From Dipteris shenzhenensis (taxonomy: Eukaryota), in NCBI GenBank assembly GCA_047967505.1, contig CM106538.1: 64,000 nt of DNA, one strand, 5' to 3'. The notes under the pieces were generated by a model. It saw nothing but the letters and a program-made list of their open reading frames with translations, made no database searches and was not told the origin of the DNA. The position numbers were made by a program, and so were the translations under genes. Within the stretch, counting starts at the first letter, position 1. Each line of letters opens with the position of its first letter. Below, one piece after another: positions 46,899 through 58,842 of the stretch.

Positions 46899-48780
46899 GC
46901 ACCCAATTTTATAGAGCAGCCTCAAAATTGACAGACATTATTGCTTCTGATAGTTAAGTACAGATGCAAGATGGCAGTTGTAATATGTTGTTCGCAAACA
47001 AGAAATATATTTCAAGTTCATCACAGATGCTTTGATTCTGAGGGCATGGCCATATCATGTGAGGATAGAGAAATGCTAAACACCATCCTATGAGTCGATG
47101 ATGTAAATTGGTTGAAAATAATAGGACTGTTCTTCACACACCTGCACAACAGTTCTCTTTATTGGCCTTGCTAGGCAAAGCATACTCGATAGTAGCATTT
47201 TCAACTGGCCCTGCTAGGCGTACCTTCCTAGCTAGTAGCGTTTTCAACTGGGGTTCTTGTAGTCATGGCAGTTTGGGCACACGCTGCTTTGCCTATCAGT
47301 GTCACATGCGTCACTTTTTTTTTTTCAATGCCCCTTTTGTTCAAGTGATCGAATCAAATAATTATTCTCACGTCGAGAGTTTCCATGCAAAAAAAGATTA
47401 GTGTATTTTACTTTCATTCTCATATTTTTTTTCTTCAGCATTTTTGTTGTGTCCAAAATGGTGTTGGTTTAGCACGGTGTACTCAAATTGCTCCACGGGC
47501 AACCCACATGGCACATGAGTGCCCATCATTTCCTTCACCAAGGTGATTGCCTAACGAGTGGTCCAGTCTCAATCAGGTATTATTGGAGGGCAAAGGCCAC
47601 TTGTGCAGGGTGCAAGAGCTGTGTAAAACTAGCAACAATTGTGGATGTTGATGCGATACTACTTGTGGCTTCAGCATAGGTTACGGTGCAATTGGTCAAA
47701 CGGAGCAAATTATGGTGCGGTGATGGTTTCAACTACAAAACCAAAGCATTGATTTAAGAGCTACTACACTCCCTGCTCCCCTTCCAGGCCTCTCTCTCTC
47801 TCCCTCCTCATCTACTTTCCTGCTGCTCCCCACAGCCTCTAACACCCCCGTCTAACTGATCCCGGCTTGCCTTCTTCCTCCCTGCTCGCGGCAGCCCTCC
47901 CTACTAACTACCTCCTCTCTCTACTAACCTTCTCTTTCCCTCCAGCCCTGCAGCTCCCTCATCCTCCTTGCCAACCCCTCTCTCCCTCCTTAGCTGCAAA
48001 CCTGCTGCTTTTTAACTTGCAGTTCTCCCTGCTGCTTTGCCTTCTAGCGAGCTTGCTTCTGCACTCCCGCCCTTCAGCTCCCCTCTTTCTTGCCTCTTCA
48101 AAGCGATGAACAAACTTTTTGGTTACGAGTCAACATCCCTTCTTTGATTGTTGAATGGATTCCCATTCAGGCACTCCTTGTCCAATTCCACCACCGCAAG
48201 AACCTGCATTGCAACTGCAGTTCAAAAGACCTAGAGTTCCAAAGCTCCACCTCTCTATTTGCTCATATCCATGGGTCCCACCCCTCCGAGTTACAGGCTA
48301 GGGACTGGGTGCTTGCTGATTTACCTTTAGACCTCTCCCCCCACCTTTTAGATATTCAATTATTGGAATGGGTTTTTCCTAGGTGGCTTTTGATGCTTCT
48401 GGGGCTGTGAGCATAGTAGTGCTCAAGGCTAGTTCCTTGGCAGTTGGTTCCAGAAATATTTTTTTTCATTCCCTTCACATTCAGGCTTTGACCTTGTAGA
48501 AGAGGACATCTTGGTTACATCACTCTTCATCAGATTCCCTTGCCTTCTAGGTTTATCATCGACGCCTTGCCATGATCAAAGCTTTGTTTGGGCAGGTCAC
48601 AAAGATCCCCCACTTCTTGGTTACCCTCTTCCACAGCGAGAGGCTATCAGGTTTGATGGGGTTCCCAGAGTTAGGGTCATGTTTTTGACCCTAACATTTC
48701 AGATGACCACATTTTCAGTAGAGAGTTGAGATCGCGGGCTGATAGGATCTGTGTCAGATTCGCAGGACCTTTGGGCATTT

Positions 48781-51603
48781 TGTTAAGAAATGGAAAGATG
48801 AGTCAGTTTGATGTGTTCTGGTGAGAGTTCTAGTCACATTGGGAGTTATCCCATATGCATTGGTGTTCATATGTGTGTGTGCTCTATATAAGAGCTATAC
48901 TTGTCTAGTATCAAATCAATCAAGTATCAAGCTACAAGCTCTTTGGTCTACATGTGAGTACTTTCATTCTCCTACCCGCATTTTCTGCTACGTGTCACAT
49001 TGGGAGTTATCCCATATGCATTGGTGTTCATATGTGTGTGCGCTCTATATAAGAGCTATACTTGTCTAGTATCAAATCAATCAAGTATCAAGCTACAAGC
49101 TCTTTGGTCTACATGTGAGTACTTTCATTCTTGTACCCGCGTTTTCTGTCCATACAATTCGTCCGTATCAGCCTGCTTTTGTCCTCGTAATGCATGTCAT
49201 TGCTGCTCATTAGCTCTTCTTCTCCACATGAGCTAGTGAGCTGGGCTATCCTCACTTTTTGCTTCTCCATCTCTTTCGTGATGACGTCTGTATCCTCCAC
49301 CTCTTTGCTCGTGGAGAAGTTAAAGGGCCAAGGCTTTCTTACTTGGCAAACGAAGCTGCAGTTGCTTCTCATGAAGGAAGGAATATGGGACGTCAATGCA
49401 ACTGATGCCATTCCAACGGATCAACAACAAATCAAACTTTGGAAGCAGCAGAATGACAAAGCTAGTACTCTTATTGGGCTATGCTTGGTAGATCCTCTCA
49501 TTCATCACGTCAACTTCAAATCCAAAGCTAAGGAGATAAGGCACGAATTGGAGAGCCTATTTGGTAACAAGGTTACTAACTCCAAAGTTTTCTGAAATTG
49601 AAGTTTTATGAGCTGAAAATGTAAGAAAATGAAGAGCTAGGTGATCGTCTCTCCAAATTTCACTCTCTTGTTCAACAATTGTCAAGTTTAAAGTGCCCTT
49701 CAGATGATGAGGACAAGATGGCTGTCCTAATCAAAAGTATGCAAGGTATTTCTTGCTTTGAGCAAACCATTGAGGTCCTATGACTTGCAGCTACCACATT
49801 TGACGATTTGGTTGCTCTTCTTATCGAGAAAGAAGGCCGGAACAAGGAAAAGGAATCTACTCCTACATTCGGCACTGAAGAAGCTCTTATATCTACAAGA
49901 AAATGGCAAGCCAATAAGAATATCATATGCAGATATTGCAAACGGAAGGGTCATATTGAAGCATGCTCCTTCAAGAAGAAGGAGAAAGAACAAGAACGAC
50001 ACCATGCTAATCTTGTTTCTGCTGATACACTAGAGGAGATTCCAGACCTCGACCACGCACTCACTGCCCATGTCAACCTCGTTGAGGATGACAACCCATA
50101 TGTATTCTGATTTCTCTTATGTAATAAAGGTTCTCTGCCTTGAGTAGTTCCTCTAAAATGAATGTTTGAAGAGTCAATAAAGGCTCTTTGCCTTGGATAG
50201 TCCTCCTAAAATGATGTATTTCTTTTATATTTATGGTGTGTGGCTCCATGTTCCTAGTTAGTCCCTGGAGTCAAGAGGGGGATGTACCATGGGAGCCATG
50301 TATTGGCATTGATAGGGTCTAGTTATCAGACCTGGCATATGAGTTCCAGGATCTTGGTACATCGGTTTTCTAAACCGCTGAAGTGGTCATGCATCCATGT
50401 TGAGACATGAGCCTCTGAGTCAAGTTTGGGATGCAAAGCCATATTAGTGCTCAGTCCGACCTCTGAACCATGCTCAAACTTCAGCCTCTGAGTTAGCATG
50501 AGAGCCATGTCTAGTTCAGACATTGCATAAAGTAGTACATACCGTCATTGTCATGTTTTGTCCTTGGTTCCATTCCACTAGTCACTCACCTTTCCTCCAA
50601 GGGGGGGTGTTAGGAAATGGAGTCAAGATGAGTCAGTTTGGTGTGTTCTAGTGTGAGTTCTAGTCTAGTGTGTCCTATGGATGCCACGTGTCACATTGGG
50701 AGTTATGCATTGGTGTTCATATGTGTGTGTGTGCTCTATATTGGAGCTGTACTTGTCTAGTGTCAAATTAATCAAGTATCAAGCCTACAGGCTCTTTGGT
50801 CTACATGTGAGTTCTTTCATTTTGTTCAGTGCTGCTGTTATTTCATTTCCATTTCATTATGTCTTTCTTTGACAAAAAAGGGCAAGATTTTGACATCCGG
50901 ATGGGCACAGGACCTAAAAAAATGGTTCAAGAAGTGGGAAGTAGAAGAGTATTTAAACTACTCTTCAGAGGAGATTGATGAAGAGGCTTTTCATTATGAC
51001 CTGCTGAATGCACTACACAGGAAATGGCAAACAGCAGAAAACAAAGATAAATTTGAGTACTATCGCACATATATCAACCCCGAATATTGGTCAATTTATA
51101 CAGGAAGGGAGACAACAACGCAGAAGTACATGTGTACACCTATAGCAGTGCATAAACGGAGGGCTTTAGCCTCACTTCGCACCCGATCACACCAGCTGCA
51201 AATAGAAACAGGGGGATGGAAAAAGATGCCAAGGGAGAGTAGAATATGCCAACTATGTGATCAAGGTATGGTTGAAACAGAAGAACACATGGTAATGATA
51301 TGCCCTCACTATGCACACATTAGGGAAGAGTTCAATCACCTCCTTGAGGGACATAACAAACTGGCTGATTTGCTGCATAAAGGGTCACCTTCAGCTTTAG
51401 GAACATTTGTGTATAAGCTCTTCAAGCATAGGAATCCACCTGAATCCTAGAAGGTGGTTTCTCTTTCCACCCTCCCATCTTCGGGAGGAGCTTTCATGTA
51501 CTTGTGATATTGTATTGCCCAGGTCCCATAGGCCGGTTTTGGTCTTCAGAGGACGATAATATATTCTTCTTCTTCTTCTTAGTTTCCGTCCGACACTCCT
51601 TCA
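48781..51603 (+). mobile_element. Second, older gag-only LTR element (gag pseudogene 49281-50110); 3' LTR from 50608 split by a LINE
   Basis: TGTTA[A/G]GAAATGG starts at 48781 and 50608; G-run PPT at 50599-50607; VEKLKGQGFLTWQTKL...GIWDV and CRYCKRKGHIEAC; flanks cattt/catct; ~160-bp tandem duplication in the 5' LTR. Confidence 0.8.
50870..51580 (+). mobile_element. 5'-truncated RTE/RTEX-like LINE 3' end with (TTC)n tail
   Basis: Open frame to 51450: LASLRTRSHQLQIETGGW...RICQLCDQGMVETEEHMVMICPHY; short UTR; ttcttcttc tail at 51564-51580. Confidence 0.85.
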
Positions 51604-54600
51604 CATCTAGCACCTGCTACCTGTCGTGCACATGCTATCTAGCATTAAGTTGCAGTTAGAGTCGGCACTCCACCACCCACAGATCAGAAGGCCCCTTTTC
51701 TTGCCTTGGACCTTGCTTAGGTCTAGGCTGCAGATATTCCAAGACTAGTGATTCTCCTAAGTTTTGGTTGGGCTAGTGATTCTCCTAAGTCACAACTGGT
51801 GTTTCCTCAAGACCTGCTTTGAGGCTAGGGATGATGCTTCTTTAGATCCTTCTCCAAAACCTAGCCTACCAACTAAGAAGCCTCCTTCCACCTTGGCTTT
51901 ACAGGCTCCACTTCTTGACCGTGGGAGGGATGTGGCTCCAGCCTTGCAAGTAGGCGTTTTAAAATTTATGGACACCAGTGCCGTATGTGGTTCGAAGGAA
52001 CTCTTTCTCTCCTCTAGCTATTTTGGAGGGGTAGAGTTTGTGCTTCTATATTCAAATGATGCAGTTTTGGCTTTCCATCATTAGAGCATCTCCTTCCACG
52101 AGAGTGGGGGCTTTTCCCCCTACGGATTCCCCTCCTCTCTACTACTCTATGAGATCTTCTACATAGAAGGGAGGTGTTTTCGCCATCAGCTCGGGTAAGG
52201 TTTTCAAGCCTTCTTCCTCCCGCCAATTAGGATTAGCTGCAACATTCAGGGCCTTGGCGGTGTGCCTCAAGCCACTAAGGTAGTCGGTCCATAATCATCC
52301 TCATCTAGGTGTCATTGGGGGTCGTAGTGTTATTCTCTTTATTCAAGAACACAAACTAGATGCTAAAGATTGTGCAAAAGTCTGGCAAATTGTTGAATGG
52401 TCAAACCGTTTGGTCTCTTGCTTTGGGCACTAGGAGAGGAACTTGCATTTCAGTTTGGTATCCTTTTACCCTCTAGAGCACAATGGATTATCTTGTTGAA
52501 TGGGGACCTTAAAGTTGGTCTTCTCAACCTGTATGCCCCAATAATAGAGGGGATCGTGTTCTTTTTTTAAAAGAACTTCTCTCTTTGGGCCCAATAGCAG
52601 ACTCATAGATTATAAGGAGACAAAAAGGAGGGCAGAGAGAAGGTGGCATTCACTCGAGAGCATCTTGGGATGCGTTCCTTTTCAGTTTAGTGGCAAAGAT
52701 GTTAGGACAAATAATGCCTTTACACTTTGCCTCATTCGCTCTCGTCCTCATGATCAATTAGGAGAATCTAGATGCCCATCCACTCGTGGATAGACAGATT
52801 TTATGTTGATGATTGGGCACTTGATCGAGGTGGTTCAGTATGCATTGCACCAAGGATTTCCACTTCATATGAGTTTCTGATGGTTACGATGATTTTGAGC
52901 CTCATTTGAGATGCTGATCTACTAGTATCAGGATTCCAAATGCCTTGTATGTAGAAGAGGGCATCACAAAGGATGTTTTACATATTTCAGTGTTCATTTG
53001 TGGGGTGAAATGCCATCTCCTTCACATGTGGTAGTCATCCCTCTTTGGTATCAGTGATTTTTATCATTCTATTGCTAGTAATAGGAGACATGAGATTCTT
53101 AGATAGGAGATTGGCCTCTGTCGGCAATTAGTAGCCCTACAAAGGGAATAGCAAAATGGGTCTACAGATGCTTGGATATGAGAGTGTCTTGAAGCTGCTG
53201 TAACAAGGGCTTATCTGTCAGAGAGAAAAGTACGCCTTTCATGCATGGGAGTCCTTTTGGATTCAAATGGGAGGAAGAGTCGATATACACTTCTTCTCTA
53301 CTCTTAGCTCGAGACATGGTAGACAAAGTATTCTACAATTACATCCTCATACCGTCATGCATATAGCTACATATTTTGATATATCTCTCTTTCAGTAAGA
53401 TCCTGACACATTTGCTAGAGATGATGCCAGAAACAGAGTTTGGCAAGGTATTCTGACATTGGTGAAACTAGACATGAGAGTCTCACTTGATGCACATGTC
53501 AATCATCAATCCAGAATTTAGGATAGCACCTTTTGTCTTCACAAGGGCAAATGGGTTGACACCTTCCTTTTTTATCGCTATTTGGGAACCATGTTACTTC
53601 AGCCCTGCAGGGCATTTGGGACTCAAATACTATGTTTGATTCACTTATAGAGAGTCTCATTCATCTTAGAGGTTGTAGGAATTTGTTTCCCAATGGAGGC
53701 CCATCACTCTTTTAGAAACCTTTCACGAGATTTTTGCCAAACCTATCAATCTACATTTGCAGACCATTCTTCCAGACCTCATCCATGATAAGTTCGTTCA
53801 TGACAGGAGCATTTTTTATAACTTCACATTAGGCTATGTAAAGCGGCCACATTCTTGCCATTCTATTCTTACATTTCAAGAAATCTAATGATGGAGTAGA
53901 TTTTGTGTTTTTGGGAGGGTACTAGTCTATGCTTTGAATTGTCAAACGCTTAGATTAGAGGGGTTTCCTCTTTGTAGAGGTTAGCACATAGACAAGTGCT
54001 TATCAATGGGGACAAAGGAGAGGGATTTCACATTTCTATATCAATCCGGCAGTGATGCCCTCTTGCCTCTTTCTTGTATTTATTTGTGGCTGAAGCCATG
54101 AGCAGCTTAGTGTGAAGAAGAGTTGAGTCTTTGGTAGTTTTTGACTATAAGAATGGAGTGATGATTCTCAATGCTTTCAACTTCTTTTGCTATGCAAATG
54201 ATGAAGAGTACAATATCTTGAAGCTGTTATGTGCACTTCTAATTGTGACAAGGGTGATTCTTAAATGAATGCATGTATATACAATGTTTTCATGGTGCTG
54301 GTTGGTCACTTATTTTTGAAGATTTTATTGAGGATCACATTGTGGAGGGTTTTCAACAAGTGGTTATGCATAATAAGTTGGTCTTGGTATACTAAGGCTC
54401 TAGGGGATCTTGTCTGGATCTTGTTTGCGATATTATTTGGATCTTGGTGTTTCTTTTTTATGTTTCATCATGGTGAAGATTCTAGTGTTTTGAGAGACTC
54501 AAGGGAAAGACCCGGAGTCTTATCTTCGCGATTTTGTTGGAGGATGCCGGCTTTCTGGATGGTCCATGAAGGATCGAGCGGAGATTTTACCTAATTTTCT

Positions 54601-56135
54601 CAAAGGTGTAGTCTTGAGTTGGCATGAGGCCTTGTCGGACTCTACCAAGGAGAACTGGGACCAAGTAGTGGCTGCAATGAAGCAAAGATTTGGGGCAGTG
54701 GAGTCACCAAATGCTTTGATGTTGCAGTTGGACCAGTTCTGTCAAGGAGAGGGTGAGATGGTCTTTGCGTTGGCTATCCGATGTGAAACTTTATGAACAA
54801 AGTATGAAAGGGTAGCTTTGTGAGCTATGGCATCTGCATCATCGGTCTCTCAAAGTCTCATAAGGATGGAGCACTTAAAGATGAGTAAATTTATTATGGC
54901 TTTGAAGCCTCGTCTTCGCTCAAAAGTAATGAGTAAAGATCCAACAGAATACGTGGAGACACTTTGCATTGCGACCAAGAAAGAAGCTTCCCTAAAGATC
55001 GAATCCTCTTTTGTGTCTTCAATAGCTTTAACTTCTAAGGTGGAGGTAATGGGCACTCCTCAGGTAGCAAAGTCCTCTGAGTTAGATCATAATATCTCCC
55101 AATTGATGGCGGAGTTTGCTGATTTGAAATTGCATTTGATTAATGCACGACAACCTAGAGCACCAAAGAGTGAAGATAGGCCTCGAGATAAGAGTGGGGT
55201 CACTTGCTATGAATGTAATGAAAAAGATTACTATCGCTCCGAGTGTCCTAGATTGAGAAAGAAAGAAGAAAAACAAGTATCCTTGTTAGAAGCTTCCTTA
55301 GGGGATGAGGAAAGAGAGGTAATGATGGCTAAATGGGAGCGTGGTAAAGCAAAAGAAGAAGAAAGCAAGGAAGTAGATGAGGAACATCAGGAAGAAAGAC
55401 ACCGTAGTAAGAAAAAGAAGGCATCTAGAAGGAGAATTAGCCAGTCAGACTTTCCTTTAGGACAAGGCATTGGAAGCTATGACTTGTTGTCCGCCGATCT
55501 TAAAGAAAAGGAAGCTCATATCACCTTTGGTCAATTACTTGCTTTGTCTCCAAAACTACGAAAGGAATGGGGAAAGCTAGCAAGCACAAGAGTGTCAAAG
55601 AAGAAGAAGAAGAAAAGTGCCATTCTTATTATTCAAAAGATAGATATAGATGTTGGTGATGATGTACTTGTGGTTGATGTGATAATTGATGGTCAAGTGA
55701 TTTCTAATGTGTACATTGATGGAGGTACATTGATTAATTTCAGGAGTGAGAAGACCATAATAGATGCTGATTTAAAATACTCTAGTACTACCTCTCCTTA
55801 TCACATCAAATTGGCTGACAACACTAGGGTAAAGACCTTGGGAGTTGTAAAGAATCTAGAAGTGGATATATGTAGAATTTCTATGCCGACTACTTTTCAG
55901 GTGATCCCTACCAAGCCAGATGCACATGCCTATCCATTGATTTTGGGAAGGCCTTGGCTACGCAAGGTGAAGGCTGTTCAAAAGTGGGATACTAGAGAAT
56001 GTATTTTGCAGGAAAATGATAAGAAGGTGCGCTATAACATCAGAAGCCATAAAAATGAAGTTGTCAAGGAGGAGTCTTCAACATCAGAGAGTTCAAGCTC
56101 TGACTTAACCGATGAAGAAGAAGAGACAGGGTGTA

Positions 56136-56803
56136 TGTTATGCTCTAGCTGAGATAGCATGATCTCAGAGCACGTCGCCAACCTGCTCCGTTCATCGACA
56201 CCTCATCGAAATTTCCCGCAACCCGAACTCTACCACCACGTTGTTCGTCGTCACGGGCAACACCCTTCCAATTCGTCGTACGTCACGAGCAGCTACATTC
56301 CTTCTCTCCCGTTCGTCCAGCCTTTGATCTCTACCATAGGCTCTGATACCAAAATGAAACGAACCTAATTTCTATCTCTCTCCTTGGCTTCATGAATCAC
56401 GGGCGATGGCATTCGGTATATCCACCCAGCCTTACTTTTGTGGATCGCATTTCGTCTATCACGTAATTTCTTTGTCTCATGCCTATCCACAAGATCCACA
56501 ACTCCCTAGATGGTTCCCTCTACCACATGTCATCATTTTAGTCCTTTTCTTGGTACACCATTTACCCCTCTCTTGGGGCATAATTAAACCATTTGCCCCT
56601 TGGCATTATTACACATTTAGGTGCACCTAGGCCTTAGCACTCAGAACCACCTAGTCAATGCCATTTCACCCTCACCTAGGACCTTGGTAGTTACTTCTCT
56701 TGACCATTTATTTACGCACATTAAATATTACAGAAGTCGGTCATCTAAGAGAAAATGCCCACCGATCTTTCCAAGGTCATGCTATCTCCGCTAGAGCATA
56801 ACA
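56136..56803. mobile_element. 668-bp TG...CA element with 30-bp terminal inverted repeats, 5-bp TSD and internal Met-tRNA PBS
   Basis: TSD GTGTA at 56131-56135 and 56804-56808; TIR tgttatgctctagc[t/g]gagatagcatga[t/c]ct; gctctgatacca at 56340-56351. Confidence 0.88.
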
Positions 56804-58449
56804 GTGTAGCTCCGAGAAGTCCAGCTCAGAGGGTGAGGTGGAAGGAGTGGCCTTTGTCTTGGTGCTGATCGGGATGAGTCAGGAGGGAACAAGAGGGAAC
56901 AAGGTGGTGGTACAAAATCCTGTAGAGATACTTCATGTGGAGGATGTGGAGCACACTAAACGACGCCAACGCAATGAAGAGCATCTTAGTGACTCTCTAT
57001 CAGGTAGTGAGAAGCTCCAGTACTTGGATATGTTAGATGATTTTCCATGTCTCTTTGTAACAAGCTATTCACAGGTTCGACCAGTTTCTCTTGTGGAGCA
57101 CAAGATTGAGTTGAATCTAGAAAGCAAGCCAATTGTGCAATGCTTAAGGTGATTGGAGATGATCCAAGCTGAGGCACTAAAGAAAGAGGTAACATAACTA
57201 CTTGAGGCAAGATTCATCTTTCCTATTGATGATTCAGAATGGATATCTCCTGTAGTTATCACACCAAAGAAAGGAAATAAGTGGCGGATTTGTGTAGACT
57301 TTCGTCCTTTGATTGAGTGCATGCACTAAGAGGGATCATTTTCCTTTGCCATTCCAAGATGAAATACTAGACCAAGTAGCAGGGCATGAGATGTATTCTG
57401 TATGTGATGGGTATTCTAGGTACTTTCAAATTCCTATCCGGGAAGAAGATCAAAAGAAAACATCATTTGTCACACCTTAGGGAGTTTTCGCTTACAGAGT
57501 GATGCTATTTGGATTGAATAATGTACCAGCTACATTTCAAAGGTTCATGAGTCAAGTGCTCGAGCCTTACTTGGGAAAGTTCATAAGAGTATTTTTGGAT
57601 GATTTTTGCATTTATTCTCGGCGCATAGATCACATGAAGAAGTTAAAGATGCCTTAGCTAGGATTGATGAAGCAAAAGGGTGTCTAAATCCTACCAAGTG
57701 TCATTTGGCTCAAACAAAAGTAGTCTTGTTGGGCCATATTGTGTTTGAAGAAGGCTTGCAAATGGATCCTGACAAGGTTCAAAAATCATGGCATTGCCAA
57801 GTCCTGAGAGTGTCACTGTTGTTCGCAAAATTCTAGGAAAGAGCAAGTATTATCAACGCTTTTGTGATGATTTCATAGAGATAGTGCATCCCATGAACAT
57901 GTTGACAAGAAAAGGAGTTTCTTTCCAATGGGGTATGGAGCAACAAGAGTCTTTTCAGCAACTTAAGGAGGCCATGAGTCACGGCCCAATATTGAAGCCC
58001 CTTGATTGGTCTCAAGACTTTTATGTAAATCCAAGTGTATCTTTGCATTCAGTTGGTGCTGTATTACTACAAAAAAGAGAGGCAGGTAGAATGCAACCCA
58101 TCTATTATGCCAGCCGACAGCTTACAGAGGTGGAAACAAGGTATGAAGAAATGAAGCAGCAAGCCTTCTCTTTGGTGTTTTCAATCAAAAAATTTTGCTC
58201 CTATTTATTACGTCGGCCATTTTTCGTCCTTACCTCCCAGTCTGTATTAGCATATCTAGTTCGCAGGCCTAATCCTAGGGGGAGATTTGCAAAATGGTTG
58301 TCAGAGCTTCAAGAGTTCTCTTTCTCTTTTGTCACTGAAAATACCACTAGGTCCACTATGGCAGATTTGCTCATAGGACAGTAGGATCTAAGAGAAGAAA
58401 AGAAATATAAGGAGGACCTTATGATGAAAGGGAGATACCAACAATAGCT

Positions 58450-58842
58450 TTTGTGTTGTATTTTGATCGGGCTTTTAGTCCTTCATGCCAACAAGGAGCC
58501 CGGGGGTTAGTCCTGATGAATTCTGAAGGTCAAGAGGTATGCGCAAGAGGACAAGAGCTTCTAGGTATCACAACTAATAATACAGCTAAGTATAATGCTT
58601 TGATTCTTGGTTTGGAGGATTGTCTTTAAAGACAAGTTAAAGAATTGGAAGTAAGAGGAGATTCTCAGCTCATTATAAAGCAAATGCAAGGGCATTACAA
58701 GACAAGAAGTCCTCATTTGAAGGAGCTTAATCAAAAGGCTATGGCACTATGTAGTCAATTTGATTTTTGCAAGTTTGTTCATATAAATAGAAAAGAAAAT
58801 CAAAGGGCAGATGAGTTAGCTACTCAAGCCATTGTAGTATAA
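58450..58842 (+). pseudogene. Additional cellular/archaeal-type RNase HI domain (aRH) of the Tat-like element
   Basis: FVLYFD...TNNTAKYNALILGL...LEVRGDSQLIIKQMQG...HINRKENQRADELA in one frame with one stop. Confidence 0.88.

Larger units (their letters stand above)
47770..54105 (+). mobile_element. Heavily decayed L1 family copy (5' CT-rich region, ORF1, EN, RT up to the CPL motif), interrupted at 48781-51603
   Basis: HGSHPSELQARDW, SLFIRFP, FDGVPRVRV; later caagaacacaaactagat (QEHKLD), WIDRFYVDDWAL and tgccctcttgcc (CPLA). Confidence 0.8.

Noticed and set aside
47160-47768. Possible MITE or Helitron downstream of the gene (repeated tagtagc.ttttcaactgg)
   Set aside because: Only a 7-bp inverted match and no TSD or terminal hairpin could be established.
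54110-54305. 5' LTR remnant and PBS (caatgttttCA-TGGTGCTGG) of the Tat-like element
   Set aside because: Only about 10 nt match the presumed 3' LTR end and no tRNA could be assigned, so it is not reported as a separate feature.
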